DNA of 64,000 nucleotides from Carcharhinus amblyrhynchos (taxonomy: Eukaryota): contig OZ336877.1 in NCBI GenBank assembly GCA_965287045.1, positions 6,448,001 through 6,512,000 of the forward strand, given 5' to 3'. Position 1 is the first letter of the stretch; each line of letters starts with the position of its first letter. Positions 35,315-49,649 of the stretch are shown here, piece after piece. The notes under the pieces were generated by a model that saw only the letters and a list, made by a program, of their open reading frames with translations, made no database searches and was not told the origin of the DNA. The position numbers and the translations under genes were made by a program.

Positions 35315-36145
35315 AAAGAACAAAGAACAAAAAACAAAAACAGCCCGGGCAACAGGCCCTTCGGCCCAACGAGCCCCTGCCGCCATCTCAACACCACCAG
35401 TCCCCCTCTCCACCCATGACCCCTGTCTAATGTTTTATGGCCATCCAGATTGAGGGAAACTGATTTTAGGGACAATTTATTCCTGCCAATCAGCCTAACA
35501 GCACATCTTTGGGGTGTGGGAGGAAACCGGCGCACTCAGAGAAAATCCACGCGAGCACGGGGAGAATGCGCAAACTTCCACAGACACCGGCCCAAATCCA
35601 TGTGTCTGCACAGCAAACAGTGATAGTCACTGAGCTGTTGTCTTGCCCAGTATCTTGTCCAGTTTAGGCACGCACTAACGACCTGAAGCACTAGGCCAAT
35701 CTCGAACAACCAAGAGCAGCCCCAGTACGACCCATCGCGTGTCTGCCCCTCGTTGGACACGAGGTGGACCGACTTAAAACCTGTGAATGAAAAGGGAAAA
35801 AAAAAATTATTATTGTACCATATCCATTTACCTTACCAGGGACGCCCCAATGCTAATGACCCTTATTTAAAACAATCTCCTATATCCACCCATCTCCAAC
35901 CCAGTCATGTGCCTGTCTAAGTTACTCTTAAATGACTCTAGCGTGTTTGCCTCCACCACCTTACTTGGCAGAGCATTCCATACCCCCACTACCCTCTGTA
36001 TAAAAAACCTCCCTCTAATATCTGTGTTGTACCTCTCCCCCCTCACCTTAAGTCCATGGCCCCTTGTCCTACGTGTCAATCATAGGAAATAGCTTACCTC
36101 TGTTTACTCTATCTATACCCTTCATAATCTTATATACCTCTATAT
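35315..36145 (-). mobile_element. CR1 3' fragment with long (~550 nt) 3' UTR containing a structured domain and the V-SINE domain (copy A)
   Basis: ORF2 end 35867-36079 (...GGYRRLF*) followed by a UTR collinear with 52890-53367 and 60092-60630. Confidence 0.9.
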
Positions 36146-38039
36146 AAAGTGCAAATCAGTGAGTGACCTTGGTTTGTGGTTCAGCCCCATTTTTGCTCAC
36201 TCTCTGTATAATTCCTGTTCACCAATGAAAGGGAAAATAAGAACAATTTTACTTACAGGCATAGGCTACGTAGAGGCTTGCAGCCACATGGCTTAATCAG
36301 CTCCCAAATCAGCTCTGGAACAGAAATCTGAGCCTATCAAGGTGATTTCCTCCCATCCTGGTCTCCAATCGGTTCTCTCGTTTATGGATGTGTCCTTAAA
36401 GGGCAAGCACTACAGTCAAATCTGGTTGGAAATAGTGTGTTAGACAGACCAACATTAACATTAATCTGCTATAATTTTAATCAACAGAATCATGGATTTT
36501 GTCACACTAATTTCACTCACAGTTTGAAATAGAAATCAAAAAGCCTACCTTTAATATCCTCTGAACAAATTAATTCACACTGTGTACTGTTAAGAAACCC
36601 ACTCCATTCTTAAATCTTCCTTATCTACCATGAGCTTGGTGCCGCCTATTTACGCCAAGGAATTAAGACGACTTTTATAGTGAGTGGTTATCCTGCTCTT
36701 TCACCCCACCACTTTGGCCAAAAAAGAAATCAACGACTCAACACCATGCCCAGTGCAAAATATTTTATTCGCTCTTTGAATTTCACATTGATTGAGCACC
36801 TATTGAATTCCATAATGGTACATCCAGCAGGGGAGGTTCCACCCGCGCTCGCCCCAAAATGGAAAATCCCACCAGAGGTCAATGGACCTTTGCATGGTCT
36901 ATGTCCTGTCCTGCGATGGTTCCCACGGAGGGCAGGATGGTAAAATTCGGCCCCGAGTTTTAAAACCACATTCATAGCATTATTAAAATGTGAGCTACAG
37001 GGGAGACTTGGATTAGTGCTGTACGGGCACTCACTTGGATGACGTGCCTACGATAACTGCCCAAAGTAGCATTTGGGAGAACAAATTTCAGTTTCAGGCC
37101 TCACTTATACTTTTCGATGCGCTGCAGGCGTCAAATAAATTCCCACTGCTGCCTACCGGAGCAGCCTGCAGCGGGATATAATCTGACTGTCCCCACAGCC
37201 AACTGGACTGTTGGAAGGCAGGCATAATAGTGGGCGAGAATGGGCCAGCAGTGGCCTGGTGGAATTTTATGACGTCCGGGGAATCAATCCAATTCCTCTT
37301 CCTGGCATCATAAAAATCGTAAGAGAAAACAAAGTACAAACTTATCTTATGGGAGCAGCTTCAAGTAGTTCTTTTAAGGATTACCAGCTATTTCTCCCAG
37401 TGCTTGGAGAAATGGGATTGGCATACAACATGAATGCTTTGCCAATTTCCCCTTGAAAGTTGCATTTGTGTTTCTATAACAAGCATGATATCACTCTTTG
37501 CAAAGCAGAAGAGCTTTCTGGATTTTTGAGTGCTGGGTGCCCATTTAAAAACCAGCCTGATAGTTGACTCAGGCAGTCAAATAGACCAAGACACACTAGA
37601 CTTTCAACAGCTAGCCTCCTGTTGTTGAAACATTAAAAGCAAAAAGGTTACCATGAAAATATCTCCCAGTGCATCTGCTGGCCTGGCCTTGTATGTAAAG
37701 CTGGAGTTTATATGTGCAGGAAAACTATTACTGGTGAATTTCCAAACTGTTAGATTTGCTGTTTAAACTTGTTGTCCAGTCATGTTATTACTCTCAGTGA
37801 ACACTCGTCCCTCAATGGTTCTGTGGGTTTGAGGAATGAGCAGGATCCCGACTTGCACAAGGTCCTGGAGCATTAAATTAGCACTCCTGGGGGAGGAGGA
37901 AGAAAACTAAAGAGTGCAGGAAGGTTCTGAGAAAATGTATTCAACAGTCAGTTTACAAAAAAATTTTTTTCTAGGTTGGCAACATTGACACCAAGGAGCA
38001 ATAGGGATTCTGTCATTCTGAAATAGGGGTAATGTTTCT

Positions 38040-38225
38040 CTGGACCTGTTTTGCAGTGGAGATGCCAGCATTGGCAGTATTCTGTAAACTGTGTGTGTCT
38101 TTATATGCTCTGTTTGAGACCAGAACTCTCCACTCACCTGACGAAGGGGCAAACCCCGAAAGCTTGTGGGTTTACTATAAAATAAACTTGTTGGACTTTA
38201 ACCTGATGTTGTGAGACTTCTTACC
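38040..38225 (+). mobile_element. Penelope pLTR fragment with hammerhead motif
   Basis: CAC-CTGACGA-A-GGGG-CAAA-CCCC-GAAA-GCTT-GTG at 38135-38168; AAATAAACTTGTTGGACTTTAACCTGATGTTGTGAGACTTCTTAC. Confidence 0.8.
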
Positions 38226-38504
38226 CTATTTTGCAGCCCAGACTCAACATTTACAAGTGGGGTACAGGTGAGGAAAGAGGTCCAAAGGTCAACAGAAGCT
38301 GTGCCTTGGGCCTCATAAGCATATGATGTTAGTTTGTTTGAGAGAGGGCATCGATGTTGGGTTGCCAGCCTCATTGGTAATGGACCTGAGGTAAATCCCT
38401 GGAGGATGGTTGTGGCAGGCTCTGTAGGGCATGTGATGGGATGGCCTTGCAAACAGAATGCCTGTGGAGTTGAAGGAGAGCTTTTGCTGCTCAAACATTT
38501 TTTC

Positions 38505-39185
38505 ATAGAATCCCTACTATACAGAAAAAGGCCATTCAGCCCATTGAGTCTGTGCTGACCACAATCCCACCCTGGCCCTATTCGTGCAACCCCCACACGT
38601 TCACCCTGACATCAGGGGATGGATAATGAAGGGGATGGATAGGGTAGAGGTAGAGAGATTCTTCCCGCTCAGAAAGGACAGTAGGACTAGAGGGCACAGC
38701 CTCAAGATAAAGGGGGGGGTGCAGTTTAGAATGGAGTTGAGGAGGAACTTCTTCACTCAAAGGGTGGTGAATCTCTGGAATTCTCTGCCCATTGAAGTGG
38801 TGGAGGCTGCCTCACTAAATATATTTAAGACACAGGTGGATAGGTTTTTGGTAGGCAAGGGAATTAAGGGTTATGGGGAGAAAGCGGGAAAGTGGAACTG
38901 ATCCACTTCAGATCAGCCATGATCTTATTGAATGGCGGGGCAGGCTCGAAGGGCTAGGTGGCCTACTCCTGCTGCTATTTCTTATGTTCTTAGGTTCTTA
39001 TCAGGATGAATTTAGCATGGCCAATCAACCTAACCCACACATTTTTGGACTGTGGGAAGAAACCAGAGCACACGGAGGAAACCCACACAAATGCAGGGAG
39101 AACATGCAACAGACAGTGACCTGAGGCTGGAATTGAACCTGGGACCCTGGCTCCGTGAAACAGCAGTGCTAGCCACCATGCCACC
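38505..39185 (-). mobile_element. HE1 SINE split by a + strand young CR1 3' fragment (38617-38999)
   Basis: SINE tail 38505-38616 and body/head 39000-39185; ATCAGG duplicated at 38611 and 39000; CR1 ORF end KGYGEKAGKWN*. Confidence 0.88.
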
Positions 39186-39509
39186 CTTTCACGTACAAAT
39201 ATTTTACATCTTTTGAAATTAATTGATCCCTTCGGGAGCCACTGAAGGATTGTGAGAAGAGCAGGGTAGCTCATCACTGAACAACTTTGAGAAGTGGCCT
39301 TCAATGGGCATTATACCCTCTCATTAACATATTCATGGAATCTAATGCCTGTTTTAATAAGAAGAACTCATTCAAATTTAACACTGCTACACTGAGCTGC
39401 TATACACCTGGGATGCGGGTGCATATACCCCAATTTCTACAGGGCATCACGGAAAACAATTTTATTTCAACATTAAATTGCTCGCTCATGTGCATAAACA
39501 AAAGCAGAA

Positions 39510-41130
39510 ATGGACAAAATAGGAGTAGGAGCAGGCCACTCTGCCCTTTGAGCCTTCTCTGCTATCCACCATGATCGTGGCTGATCCCCTAACTCCCATG
39601 ATCTCTTCATGTTCCTTGACACCCTTAAAGCCTAGATATCTGTCTATTTTCTTCTTGAATATATCCAGTGATCTCTGCAGCCTTCTACGGCAGAGAATTC
39701 CTCAGGCTCACGGCCCTCTGACTGAAGATATTTCTCCTCATCTGAGTCCTAAATACTGGCTTATCCCACATCCTGAGGCTGCATCCTCTTTTCCCAGACA
39801 CTCCAGTCAGCGGAAATAACATCTCTGCACCCAGTCCTTCCAGCCCAGTCGGAATTCTATACATTTCAGTGATATATCCTCTCATTCTTCCAAATTCTAG
39901 TGAATAGAGGCCCAGTCAACCCAATCTCTCCTCATATAGACAATCCTGCCATCCGGCAATCAGTCAGATGGCATAGAGGAAGTACAGTCTGCTTCCTCTA
40001 AGGCAAGTATATCCTCTCTTAGATAGGGAGACCAAAATGGAACACAATATTGCAGATGTGGTCTCGGCAAAGCCCTGTACAGCTTCAGTAAGACATCAAT
40101 GCTCACGCTTTGCAAGGAAGGCCAAGGTACATTTTGTCTTTCTAACTGCTTACTGCACCAGCATGCTTGCTTTCAGTGACTGGTGTACTAGGACACCTTT
40201 TGGACAGCACTGCTGTCTTACAGCACCAAGGACACAGGTGCAATTCCGGCTTGGATCACTGTCTGTGCAGAATCTGCACATTCTCCTCGTGCCCGCATGG
40301 GTTTCCTCCGGGGGCTCCGATTTCCTCCTACAGTCCAAAGACGTGCTGGTTAGGTGCATTGGCCATGCTAAATTCTCCCTCAGTGTACCCGAACAGGTGC
40401 CAGAGTGTGGCAACTAGGGGATTTTCACAGTAACTTCATGTATTGTTAATGTAAGCTTATTTATGATACTAATAAATAAACATAAACCTAAAACTTTATA
40501 CATCAACGTTTCCCAATCTATTACAATTTAAACAGAACTCTGCCATTCTGCACCCCCATCCAAAGTGGATAACTTCACATCACCCACGTTACTCTGCATA
40601 GACCATGCATTTGCCAACTCACTCAACTTGTCTAAATCACCTTAAACCCTCTTAACATCCTCCTCACCACTCACATTCCCACCAAATTTTGTTTCATCAG
40701 CAAACTTAGAAATATTACTTTTGGTTCCCACATCCAAATTATTGATGTTTTTTTTGAACAGCTGGAGTCCCTGTGGGACCCCACTAGTTATCGTCCGTCA
40801 CTTCAAAAAAGACCCAGTTATTCCTACTCTGTTTTTCTGTCTGTTAACCAATTCTCGAACCGTGCCAGTGTGTCACCCCTAATCCCATGTGCTTTAATTT
40901 TGCCCATTAACTGACTTGATCAAAAGTCTTCTGTAAATCCATACACACCACCACATCCACTCTTTCACCCTCAACTATTCCACGAGTTATATCCTCAAAA
41001 ATCACCAGTAAATTTGACAAAAATAACTGTCTTTTCATTAATCCATGTTGACTTTGTCTAATCACTTGTCTAATAAGTGTCCTGTTATTGCGTCCTTTAT
41101 TATAGATCCTACAATTATTCCGACTATTGA
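39510..41130 (-). mobile_element. Decayed CR1 LINE with nested + strand tail-B V-SINE (40205-40480)
   Basis: ORF 39685-39885 FRTQMRRNIFSQRAV; TTTGCTGATGAAACAAAA (FADET) remnant near 40690. Confidence 0.82.
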
Positions 41131-41854
41131 TGTTACTATTGAATCCTTTACACAGGCTGGTGACTCCTCAGTAACCCATGTATATTGAATGTCCTTGCTC
41201 GTGCTGGTAGCCTGGGTGACACTGCAGTCTTAGCTTTATAGCGATGTTAAGTGCTGCAGCATACAAAATCTGAATAAACATGGGAACATGTTGAACTGGA
41301 GCGCCCCAAAGTGGAGAATGATTGAATTGCTTCAACAAGCAGGACAACAAGTACGAGTAGAAGTTTGTGAAACCACATCTTTAATAATTTCCCCAATGTC
41401 AAATCGATCATTACTTTAGGAGCTTCTCCAAGTTTATTTCATTTCATTGTGGCCCTGAGTTTCACCTGTACTCACGTTAATTCACTTTGCATCACTGTAC
41501 AGGCACTTTACACACTCTTACTTTGTAATTATTCAAAAGTCAATAAACAATAAGTGATAGGTAGGAAATTCTTCATGTTATATAGAATTAAATAGAATTG
41601 AATAGAACATACTGCACAGAAACAAGCCACTCAACACAACAGGTCTAGCCGGTGATTGTGTTCTGGACAAGTCTCCTCATTTAACCCTATCAGTATATCA
41701 TTCTATTCCTTCCTTTCTCAGTTGATCTAACTGATCCCAAAACACTCCCTGGTAAGTGCAAACTCACTCAGGAGAGGATGGGGCAGCAGTGTCAGAGAAA
41801 GACACTGCTCGGCCAGGGTAAGTGAGCCTCATGTAAACTTTTACTGGACCATTT

Positions 41855-42146
41855 TTTTCCTCGGATGGTGATGGCTAACACGAGCTTCAAATTAAGGCGT
41901 GGTAATTATAGGACGGACGTCAGTGGTAGGTTCTTTACTCAGAGGGTAGTAAGGTCGTGGAATGCCCTGCCTGCAGCAGTTGTGAACTCGCCAACTTTAA
42001 GGGTGTTCAAATGGTCATTGGATAGGCAAATGGATAATATTGGAATGGTTTAGGTTAGAGGGTCATTAGATTGGCTCCATTGGTCGGCGCAACATTGAGG
42101 GCCGAAGGGCCTGTACTGCGCTGTAATGTTCTATGTTCTATGTTCT
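41855..42146 (+). mobile_element. CR1 3' fragment
   Basis: [16 protein letters not shown]...; (TTCTATG)n tail. Confidence 0.88.
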
Positions 42147-42644
42147 ACCTTACATCCCCTCGCAGCTTCACACACCAGGTCAACACTGACCATTACCAGC
42201 ACCAAAGCCAACCCGGTTTATTTCCCACTAGGGAGATGGATGTTTGGTGGAAGGCAGTTGAATGGGCCTCCAACCCACTTATTGTATTACAATTAGTGGG
42301 TTTACATAATCCTAAGGTCCCCACTCAGTCTAGCAGATTTTTTTTTGTAATTTCAAAAATATATTTTATTCATTAAAAAAAACTTTCAAATAAACCACTG
42401 CAAAACAACATATCCAAAAATTACAAACAGTGCAAAACAAAGTCATTTTTACATGCTCCATTCAGAATGTCCCACTCAGACACGGGGAGAACATGCATCG
42501 GATTCCCACTGGTCATCTGACAAGCCTGGAGAATCTCCCCCCCTACATCTGAGAGTGACACTTTTAAGTAAAACTATTCCATCACTGTCAGAGTTCATGT
42601 CTGCCACCCCAGTACATAACAATTGGAATTCTTTTACCCGTTTT

Positions 42645-42975
42645 GGAATCATAGAATTCCTGCAATGCAGAAGGAGGCCATTTGGCCCATCAAGTCTACA
42701 CCAACTCCATAAAAGAGCATCTTACCCAGACCCTATCCCCATAACACCACACATTTACCCCACTAATTCCCCTCCCATACAGGTCTTTGGAGCCTAAGGG
42801 GCAATTTAGCATGGCCAATCCACCAAACCTGCAAACCTTTGGAGTGTGGGAGGAAACCGGAGCTTCTGGAGGAAACCCACTCAGACACAGGGAGAACATG
42901 CAAACTCCTCACAGTCACCGGAGCCGGATTGAACCTGGGCCCCTGGTGCTATGATGCAGCTGTGCTAATCACTAA
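42645..42975 (-). mobile_element. HE1 SINE
   Basis: Reverse complement of head, V-domain and tail. Confidence 0.85.
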
Positions 42976-42982
42976 TTTGGTC

Positions 42983-44020
42983 ACTAGGTGACCAAAACTG
43001 CACACAATATTCTAAATTCAGCCTCACCAATGTCTTATACAACCTCACCATAACATTCCAACTCTTAAACTCAATACTTTGATTGATAAAGCACTCTTTA
43101 TGACCCTATCTACCTGTGACGCCCCTTTTAGGGAATTATGTATCTGTATTCCCAGATCCCTCAGTTCTACTACACTCTTCAATGTCCGACCATTTGCCTT
43201 GTATATTCTACCTTGGTTTGTCCTTCCAAAGTGCAATACCTCACACTTGTCTGCATTAAACTCCATCTGCCATTTTTCAGCCCATTTTTCTAGCTGGTCC
43301 AAATCCCTCTGCAAGCTTTGAAAACCTTCCTCACTGTCCACTACACCTCCAGTCTTTGTATCATCAGCAAATTTGCTGATCCAATTTACCACATTATCAT
43401 CCAGATCATTGCTACAGATTACAAACAACAATGGATCCCGCACTGATCCCTGTGCCACACCACTAGTCACAGGCCTCCACTCAGAGAAGCAATCCTCCAC
43501 TACCCACTCACTGGCTTTTTCCATTCAGCCAATGTCTAATCCAATTTACTACCTCTCCATATATACCTAGTGACTGAACCTTCCTAACTAACCTCCCATG
43601 CGGGACCTTGTCAAAGGCCTTACTGAAGTCCATGTAGACAACATCAACTGCCTTCCCTTCATCCAGTTTCCGGTAACATCCTCGAAAAACTCTAATAGAT
43701 TGGTCAAACATGACCTACCACACACAAAGCCATGTTGACTCTCCCTAATAAGTCCCTGTCCATCCAAATGTTTGTAGATCCTATCTCTTAGTGCTTCTTC
43801 CAATAATTTACCCAGTACTGACGTCAAACGTACCGGCCTATAATTTCCCGGATTATTTTTTGAGCTTTTTTTTAAACAATGGAACAACATGAGCTATCCT
43901 CCAATCATCCGGCACCTCACCCGTGAATACCAACATTTTAAATATATCTGCCAGGCCCCTGCATTTTCACTAGTCTCCTTCAAGGTCCGAGGGAATCCCT
44001 GTCCGGTCCTGGGGATTTAT
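42983..44020 (-). mobile_element. CR1 LINE reverse transcriptase fragment (frameshifted)
   Basis: PGNYRPV.LTS, QHGF..GRSCLTNL, DFSKAFDKVPH and SKFADDTK in three frames. Confidence 0.93.
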
Positions 44021-44153
44021 CTAGTCTGTCAGGAGAGAAAAAAGCTGATGTTTCGAGTCAAAGATGACCCTTTGTTAAAGCTAAAAGGCCTAGAACCTAC
44101 AATGTATTTACACATTCCCTTATGAGCGATTGTCAAGATCACTATAACAATGT

Positions 44154-44485
44154 GGGCACCGTAGCACAGTGGTTAAGCACTGCCGCGTCACAGCTCTGGG
44201 GACCTGAGTTCGATTCCCAGCTTGGTTCACTGTCTGTCTGGAGTTTGCACATTCTCCTCATGTCTGCGTGGGCTTCCTCGGGGTGCTCCAGTTTCCTCCC
44301 ACAGTCCAAAGATGTGTGGGTTAGTTAGTTTATGCTAAAAAATTGCCCTTAGTGCCCTGAGGTGCTTGGGTTAGAGGGGTCAGTGGGTAAAATATATAGG
44401 GTTAGGAGGATAGGGCCTGGGTGGGATTGTAGTCGGTACAGACTCGATGGGCTGAAGGGCCTCATTCTGCACTGTAGGATTCTAT
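44154..44485 (+). mobile_element. HE1 SINE
   Basis: Head, V-domain and tail. Confidence 0.88.
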
Positions 44486-46264
44486 ATCTTACTGCCTCCT
44501 GTTATGACTGGGTGAGAATGGATCAAGTGGGTCCTTTCTTTTTCTGTTCCTCAGTTGGCTACGCCAGTTTTTGTTTATTTCGAATATTGGATGTCCTTGT
44601 CAATTTTCATGTGTACCAACTGTTTGCTATGGAATTAAACACATGCAGAGAGTTTGGCTTGTCATCTGACTTCTCTCTCCAGTTGCCAGCAATTCCAATA
44701 ATAACCGTATATTCCAATTTTAACACAATTCGCTCGTCTGGGGAACTATCTTAAAAATCAAGCTCGTATGTTCAAGCAATTAACATTTGATGGTTGGTTT
44801 TCAACTGCTACATACTGCAGGTAACTTCCATTGATGTTGGTCAGTGGGGCAGGAAGGAAGGTCTTCCACAGTCCCTAGGCGCATCATTGTCCTTGATCAG
44901 TTTTGCAGAATGTGGTTGTAATGTGGAATGTACAGCATCTTAATGTTGGTTGAAGTCACTGCGATCTATTTCAAAACATCTCTTTGTTTAAAAGTCCAAT
45001 TTTTCTTCCAGCCAATGAATTAAAAAATCAATATTTGATATAAGCACACCGCTGTGACACTCCACACACCTCCAGTAATTTAGCTGTGGCAGGCACATCA
45101 CCCAAACACAGACTAACAAGAATCACTGATACCCTGAACTCATTCTTTCAGGGGAAGGGAGCAGAACAGAACTAGCAAGGGACACTGGTGCCTGGGTCTC
45201 CTGGGTCCTTGGAAGAGATGGTTATCTGTATCACAGGGCCCCCCTGAACAAGACCCAGGATACCTGACATTGCACACATTGAGAATAACGTGAACGTTAA
45301 CCTCTTGCTTTGCCATCCCACACCCCTTCCCTCTCACCAAACTTCCCCTGATGAGTTCCTGCTTTCAGGCACCCAAGAACCACTCTCATATAAAAGCAAG
45401 ATGCTGTGATGCTGGAGAGCAGAAATAACAACATGAACTGCTGGAAAAACGCAGCAGCCCTGGCAGCATCTGTGCAGAGGGAAACAGATTTAACGTTTCA
45501 CATCACATCCACTAGACTCTTCTTCCAAAGATATTGCTAGAGGGATCGATTATTTCCTGCGTATCAGCTTACAGCTTAATGTGACAGTGGCTGAACCACC
45601 CCCTCCCCCGACAGGAATCAGAGTGGGCGAGAGGCAGAGCATGGAAAGGTCCGTCCACCTTGGGCAAGGCTTTATGGTTTCGGGATGAGCTGGCCGTAAA
45701 ATTAATCCAACAAAATGAGAAAGAAGGCGTCAGGCCAGGTAAATTTAAGTGTACTCCCTCTCAGCTTCATCAGGCCTGTCAATGTCAATGCACCCCCTTT
45801 ATTGTGGAGCCCACGAGATGTAGACAAAAGGCGTAGGCAGAAGAAGGATTGGAATGAGGCACTCGCTGAGTGTTAAAATGGGCGGTGAGGGCTTGTTGGG
45901 CCGAAGGGCCTGTTCCCTGTGTTCTGTTGTTCTCTGTTCTTTGTCCATTATATTTAGGTTCAAGCACAGCACCATGCACTGCATTAGTACAACTGTAAAC
46001 AGTGGCATGTTCTGACAGCAGCACAGACTGAAAGAAGTGTCTGTTTCTGAGCATTGAAAGAACGTTATCTCAATAAAATTAATACATACAACTGCAAATC
46101 TCTTTGAAGAGTAACAACTGGAAATATTAGTCATTCTCTCCACCAGGCTGCTCAGTAACTCTCTCAGTCCAGTTCTCAGCTCTCAAGCAAGATAATTTCT
46201 AGCCTCATATAGAAATGATTAGCATGGGTAAACACTCAACTGGATTGCTGTATGAAGGCCTTAT

Positions 46265-46552
46265 GCACAGTGGTTAGCACTGCTGCCTCACAGCCCCAGG
46301 GACCTGGGTTCAATTCTGGCCTCGGGTCACTGTCTGTGTGGAGTTTGCACATTCTCCCCATGTCTGTGTGGGTTTTCTCTGGGTGCTCTGGTTTCCTCCC
46401 ACAGTCCAAAGATGTGCAGGTTAGATTGATTAGCCATGCTAAAATTACCCCTTTGTGTCTCAGGGGGATTAGGAGGGTTATGGCATTAGGAACCGGGGTG
46501 GGGCTGTCGACAGTGCAGGTTCGATGGGGCCCCCTTTTTGCACTGTAGATTC
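46265..46552 (+). mobile_element. HE1 SINE
   Basis: Head, V-domain and degenerate tail. Confidence 0.85.
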
Positions 46553-47567
46553 TACTAACTTTATTTAGCTCATCACTGAGTTTAAAAACAAAGGATTGTA
46601 GAAATACAACGGTGACTTAATGTTCTATATTCCAAATTCAGAACAGGAAAATGCATTCAGATTGACAATAATTCTGCACAGGAGTCTCTAATGTTGAACA
46701 ATTAACCTTTCAGTTGTGTTAGCAGCAGCAGTGAGGATTTCACAATCACTCGATTGTAATGTACATCTGGAAACACCAGTACTGATGATACTGGTAGACC
46801 CCCCAGGACAACTGACTACCCAGTGAATTCTGCATTTCCTGTTCCTTGTGACAGTGACACAATAAATGCTGGTTAGTAGATCACCTTGTCTTTCCCTCCC
46901 AGAGCAGGAACACAAGAACTCGTCGGTATGTTTAGTATTACAGTCGCCGCCGTTGGTGTACACTCTAGTCACCTGTGGTTTAACATTTGATTCAATTTTT
47001 AACGTATTTCATTTGCAGTGCTGCAATTTCTGCTCACTACTGTCCCCCAGTGTCCAGAACCGATAGCTGCCACGTTGTTGCGTCTCTCCTTCAATAAAAG
47101 CCAGGACTGACTGCTAAAATTCTGATTTTGTAAATCTCCGTTATATTCAAAAGATGGAAAAAAGCGAAAGTGGACGCGCACCAGAAATTGCTGAAGGAAG
47201 TTCTTAAACGTGGGGAACGGCTAAACACCCTGTGTGAGGGGGGGCATGCATTTTATAAGCTTGTTACAAGCCCCCAGGCGAACTCCCCAAATTTGTTACC
47301 CTTCCATCCCCTCTGTGGGAACTATCTCAGCAGGAGCTCTAATTCATCAAATGCTGGATGGGACACCCCCAAGTGAGGAGGGGTGAAGTTACTCTGTTTC
47401 TTTACTCGATCCCTTGGGTTGGTCACAGCAAGTGGTTCCCTCCTTTGTGGATTCATTGGCCCAATCGAAATATATTAACGTTTTAAAAGGAGCCATTTTA
47501 ACAAAGCTTCCTTCAGTTAAAGGAAGAGGGAGTTTATTCAATGCTAAAATGCGAGAAAAATTATAGT

Positions 47568-47752
47568 CATAGAAACCCTACAGTGCAGAAAGAGGCCCTT
47601 CGGCCCATCGAGTCTGCACCGAACACAATCCCACCCAGGCCCTACCCCCATATCCCTACACATTTACCCACTAATCCCTCTAACCTACGCATCTCAGGAC
47701 TTTTTAGCAATTTTTAGCATGGCCAATCAATCTAATCCACGCACTTTTGGAC
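47568..47752 (-). mobile_element. HE1 SINE 3' part
   Basis: Close reverse-complement match to the tail at 700-837. Confidence 0.85.
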
Positions 47753-49649
47753 ATTATTAAATAAACATGTGCATATACAGTCACACAAATTAGAAACGAG
47801 ATGTGAGTCCGTAAATGTTAAAAAAAATACATTAATCAGTCTTTGACTTGTCAGTAAGGAATCAATGGTGAAACATTGCGACCGTTAAGATTCGTGGATC
47901 CAGCGGTGCTGCCTTCAGCAGTTGAGCAGTTGGTTGAAGATTGCAGGGTTTTGCAGTTTAACTGAAAGAAATTATCCTGCTCCGTTTTCAATTGTACCTT
48001 TGCTGACTTGACTTATTTCCAGCAATCAGAGAGAGAGCTAGACTTTATTACGTGCCAGAGCAGGGGTGACTCTGCTATTTTCCTTGTTTCTGTGTCACAC
48101 TCCAGCATCAGCGCACACTGACCAGGTCTGCAGTCATCCCAGTCCCCTGTGTATTCCTGGAGTGCAAATGTGTTTGGGATATAACTCACAGGATATAATT
48201 CCTGCTGAGGTGATAATCGGCTTCCACTATCTCCACAGGAGATGACAGTTCAGTCTGTATTGCTTCTTCCTTCGATATATTCTTACCTGAAAAAAGAAGT
48301 GACGTTCCGTTGTCTCTCACTCAGGACTGAGTATAATCCAGACAGGAATCTTTCGGACAGTCACTGAACTGACATTCTCAGACTTTACACCTTCAACCAT
48401 CTGTGGCTTACGTGGCCATTTTTAAAAACCATGTCAAGTTCAGTTTGCCCATACATCAGTTGGGGTTTTGACTATTCGTCAGGCCAAGCAGGATGGTCTT
48501 TCCGTGTTTAATATCTTTTTCCTTACTGCTGTCTTTTCACTAATCTGACAATTAATGTAACGCAGTAATTTAATTGAATCCCCTTAAACTTCACTTCTAT
48601 TTAGGGTTGCCAGCTGTGATGATACGTATTGCTGGAGTTTCCTTCACATGACTTGTCCACACATCCCAGCCATTAGCCTGGCAGCACACTTATCCTTGTG
48701 ATGTATTGCCTTCCTACACCGATTGGGCTTGACTGTCCCCCACCCCCACCTCCCTCACACCCACCCCACCCCCACCTCACTCCATCCACCCCCCCGCCCC
48801 AACTTTCATTTTTAATATTGTTACATCTGGTGAAGAACTAAAGGTGATGCTGACACAAGAGGCGTCTCCTTTTCTGTCTTTCTGACAACAGAACACCACA
48901 AGGCAGTGAGGGATGGGGGGTATGGGGGGGGTGTTGGGTGGTTGAGGGCAAGGGGGGGGACGAAGGACAAGGAGGAGAACAGGAATGATGTTAAAAACAA
49001 TCTTTCTGCTATAATGACTCCTAGGTTCAACATCCTTTGTGTGACTTACTATCCATCCTTGTTTACCGTGTATTTAGTTCCTAGCTTGAATCAACCTTCA
49101 AAGTATCGATTGCAAAATACACTGTGAACTTTAGTAGTTAGATGCTCCTACCGTAATTATTTGAGTTTAATATACATCCAATAAACTGGGCAGGAGACTA
49201 TAGGACAATATTAGTATTTCAATCAGCAACTTTCTTGAGAGCCAAAATTATACTCCTAGATTTATGATAAATTGGCTTTCCATTCCTCGGAAATGGTGCT
49301 GAATGTAGTCTGGGATAAAACCAGGAGTACATCTCAGGGGTCAGGTAAACAATGATGTCAATAGGTAAGAGGCAAGTTTCATGAAGTAGCCTCTTTTTAC
49401 CTGAGTTTCACATCAGGCACTCTGTAGGTGTAGCCTGGTGTGAAAAGGGTCTTGACTTTAACCTGGAGCCGGATTTAGGTGGACAGGAACCAGGGCTAAA
49501 GCAAAACACACCAGCTGCTATAAATTTCAGGCCTGGCCATTTCAATTTTCAGACCTCACGAGCAGCCATATCGGAGAGCTTCCTGACCAGGCAATATGGG
49601 AATGAGAAGTCCCCCCCTTGGAGAACAATCACCCAATCAGATTGACCTT

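Noticed and set aside
47270-48590. Possible long LTR-like remnant around the HE1 fragment
   Set aside because: Termini, TSD and PBS/PPT could not be fixed with confidence.
48735-48960. C-rich tract followed by a G-rich tract (possible fold-back or G-quadruplex)
   Set aside because: Low-complexity sequence with no precise complementarity or functional context.
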